Of a stretch of DNA of 64,000 nucleotides, positions 61,320 to 64,000 are shown piece after piece. This stretch comes from Ramazzottius varieornatus (lineage: Eukaryota > Animalia > Tardigrada). The stretch spans positions 76,587-140,586 of the forward strand of contig BDGG01000024.1 in the NCBI GenBank assembly GCA_001949185.1, written 5' to 3'. Below the pieces are notes generated by a model that did no database searches, had not been told where the DNA came from, and was given only the letters and a program-made list of their open reading frames with translations. The position numbers were made by a program, and so were the translations under genes. Within the stretch, counting starts at the first letter, position 1. Every line of letters starts with the position of its first letter.

Positions 61320-62835
61320 ATGCGAGCCATAAACTTTGGCCAAGTTAGAGGTGGGAACTGGGTAAAGATCAGAATGGACAAGGAAAGCCACCTGGATGAG
61401 AACGGACTTTGGGTTGGCGACCACATCGTCGCGTATTTTGGCCCCACGGAAAAGAGCAAGCCTGGCTACTACTCCACTATAGTCCGCGGTGTCTACGATG
61501 ATAAGAAGACTTGCGATGAGGCACTGAAAGCTCTTCGTGCCTCTAAACGGAAATCAGCTGGCCCAGTGATAGAAACTGAGCGCACTAAACGTCTTCGCGG
61601 AGTAGCCCAGTCTCAAACGGACGAAGATCTGGCCGACGGTAATAAGTGATCGTGCTCTTTACTTCCAGAACGCTTTTCGAACTCGATCTTCCATAGGTAG
61701 CCTCTCAGCACATTGCGAAAACGACGGTAAGCATGTAGACTGTTGACGTTGGCGTACTAATTAGTTTCGGATTGCCAGTTTCACCAGGTGCTTCTCCGGA
61801 AAGAAACGTTCAGGAAATCTTTCAACGTACATAATTTCTCGCTCAAAACTTTTTCGTCATACTACCCACAAACTTTCGAAAGTTGGAAAATCGACCGCTA
61901 CTGAATACGGCGAAACGCTAAATCCAACTTTCGTGTCTTTGAAATGTCCACGTTAATTTGTTTGATCGCGCGTCTTGTGTTCCAACTATCGAACATTTGA
62001 GAATTTGGGCCGTTCGTTTGGTTCTCCCTTAATCACTGAATGCTGAACAGCCGTAGCTTCAAAGTTGCGAAAGTTGGGCCCCCCGCTGCTCGGTCCAGCA
62101 AACTAACATGGAGATTTGAAAAACACGAAAGTTGGATTTATCGCTTCAGCTCTTAACTGCAAAATTCGTTTTCCCAACTTTCGAATCTTCTGTTCTCCCG
62201 TAGTCAACTTGAGCCGGCTTATCATCAGCAACAGAGAATTCTGGCCGTAATGCCGCTCGAGGTAAACATTGCACAAGTTGGCCAAACGAATGCACCCTAA
62301 TTATTGCTGCTCTAGGCTCACCTGCGCATTCTCCACGTATAGATCGGAGCTCAAATACACCAGCGTCAAGTGAGTAAGCCTTTGTCACCCGCCTTCGCCA
62401 TTTCGATACTGCAAAATTGCCTGACCCATACAGGTAATATTGCATCTTTGCCCGGAAACGTGTCTCAAGCTGGAACACCTACCAAAGAGCAAGACAGTGA
62501 GTAGACTCGGAAGCTAGTCGTCTAGATAAAGAAGACAGTTCTGGCAGATCTGGTCCAACATTACGGTCCCAAAGCAGTGTGTCCGAACAACTGATGGCCA
62601 AAGTACGCGTGGAAGTTGGTGCTACACATGCTTGCAGGAGAAGAAAGCGTGTTTGCGACGAAATCCCTGACTAAGAAGATTGGGGCGAAATATTTTCTGT
62701 TCGTGAGTCTAACCATAACCTTGATATCCGTCCTTTTAGGTCACGTCACCGAGATCTTCGCACTTACCGACCCCATCATCAAGGCCTTTTTCAAGCAGAA
62801 GATGAACAACAATATGGCATCGGTCAAGAGTCGCT
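61320..62835 (+). pseudogene. Degenerate spliced gene with a possible C-terminal BEN-like domain
   Basis: Exon 61320-61638 (small beta-domain + basic tract); YAWKLVLHML...SLTKKIG|GHVTEIF...AFFKQKMNN; architecture parallels 20620-22616. Confidence 0.3.
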
Positions 62836-63729
62836 TCGTTTGGCCACAACTTTCTGTTCCCACAATAAATTCAGTTTCTACAGTCGTAGCTCTTCGTTCC
62901 TTCCATGATGTTGGTTCATCATTAGATAAAACACTTAATCCAGCACTGTTACGCACATGAGAGAACAAACGAAAACCGCTCATTGAGTCTGACTCCCCAC
63001 TTGGCAGTACATCAGCTAAGGGTATCAAGTGTGTGGCTGACAGATTCGGTTTCACTAGCTGGAATACTAAATCATGATCGTAGGTGTACCGCACTTCTCT
63101 TACAGCCATCCTTTTGATAACTATCAATCGCTTTTCTTAGTTTTTGAGAAAGATTTGGCCCCCGGCCTTTGAGTTTACTGCTAAAGTACTGCCAGATCTC
63201 GGCTATTTATCGGTCAGACGTTGGCGAGTAGATTATTGAAATACTTCTGGTGTGCGAAAGCAATCTGTTCAACCACCCAGCAGGCGTCATTCGGTGGGCT
63301 GCCTGCATCTTGCACGTGTACGGTATGAGGTAGCTGCAAATTTTAGCAGTAAACTACGGAACTCCGACCACACTCACTGTCAGTAATCTACTAATGTTCG
63401 ACCAGTGTCTGACCAGTGTCTGACCAGTGTCAAGCGAATCTTGCTGACATATTTCAACGGAGGTTTCGAAAGATGACCACAGTACGACAAGTTCCTGATG
63501 ACTGTGTTTCTGCTTAACTATCTGGATGGACTTTCCATGGACTGAAAACAATATAATGAAAAGAAATAGTTTGAGTAACGGTAAACAAACTCAACAAGAT
63601 CGTTTTATCAAGTGGTGCACGCTACTAGGTAGTAACACTGGAGACGTGCGCCGCTTGAAGTAATCGATCTTGTACGTTTCGTTTGCCGACCTTTCAGTTG
63701 CAAGAAATAAAGCCTCAATATTTTAACAG

Positions 63730-63977
63730 GACCATCACGTACGCCATCGATCCGGAGAACGGCAACGGCGACTGGAAACATTTTGACATTGACCCGAAGG
63801 ACAGGACGATCCGTTCAAAAAGCAGCTTTGATCGCGAGCACAAGTCCAAGTACACGCTGGACGTTGAGAGACTACAATTTGGTCTTGGTGGTCTCTGATG
63901 GCGCTCACCAGAACGAGACGCATCTTCACATCGTCGTCCAGGATGTCAACGATATCGCCCCACAGTTCACCAGCAAG
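63730..63977 (+). pseudogene. Cadherin-repeat exon fragment (N-cadherin-like), frameshifted
   Basis: ITYAI...FDID...FDREHKSKYTLDV then, in another frame, DYNLVLVVSDG...VQDVNDIAPQF; AG/GT borders. Confidence 0.7.
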
Positions 63978-64000
63978 GTACCTTGGTCAATTCTTTCCAT

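Noticed and set aside
63400-63432. Three tandem gaccagtgtct units
   Set aside because: Short minisatellite with no further support

Overview
Eukaryotic (animal, short-intron; tardigrade-like is plausible but unproven) genomic DNA rich in transposons. The centre is a ~22-kb endogenous Polinton/Maverick (adintovirus-type) element at 25256-47235. It has AGTAGT...ACTACT termini, ~107-bp TIRs and a perfect 6-bp TSD (GCTGGC), and it sits inside a rhodopsin-class GPCR gene that reads through in frame when the element is removed. The element carries the core set (packaging ATPase, RVE integrase, penton, hexon/MCP, adenain protease, protein-primed PolB with spliceosomal introns), mostly decayed. It also carries an unusual cargo of nuclear regulators: a TBP homolog, a tandem-PC4 protein, a Set2/NSD-like AWS-SET-postSET protein and a BIR-BIR-RING IAP. 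Dispersed ~69-bp palindrome+TGACGTCA repeat arrays resemble baculovirus hr enhancer/origins. Host genes outside the element are a gustatory-receptor-like gene, a CYP2-clan P450, two BEN-domain-like degenerate genes and a cadherin exon fragment. Other repeats are nested Sola-like/hAT/pogo transposons and several MITEs. All homology calls come from recognising motifs by eye, not from database searches.
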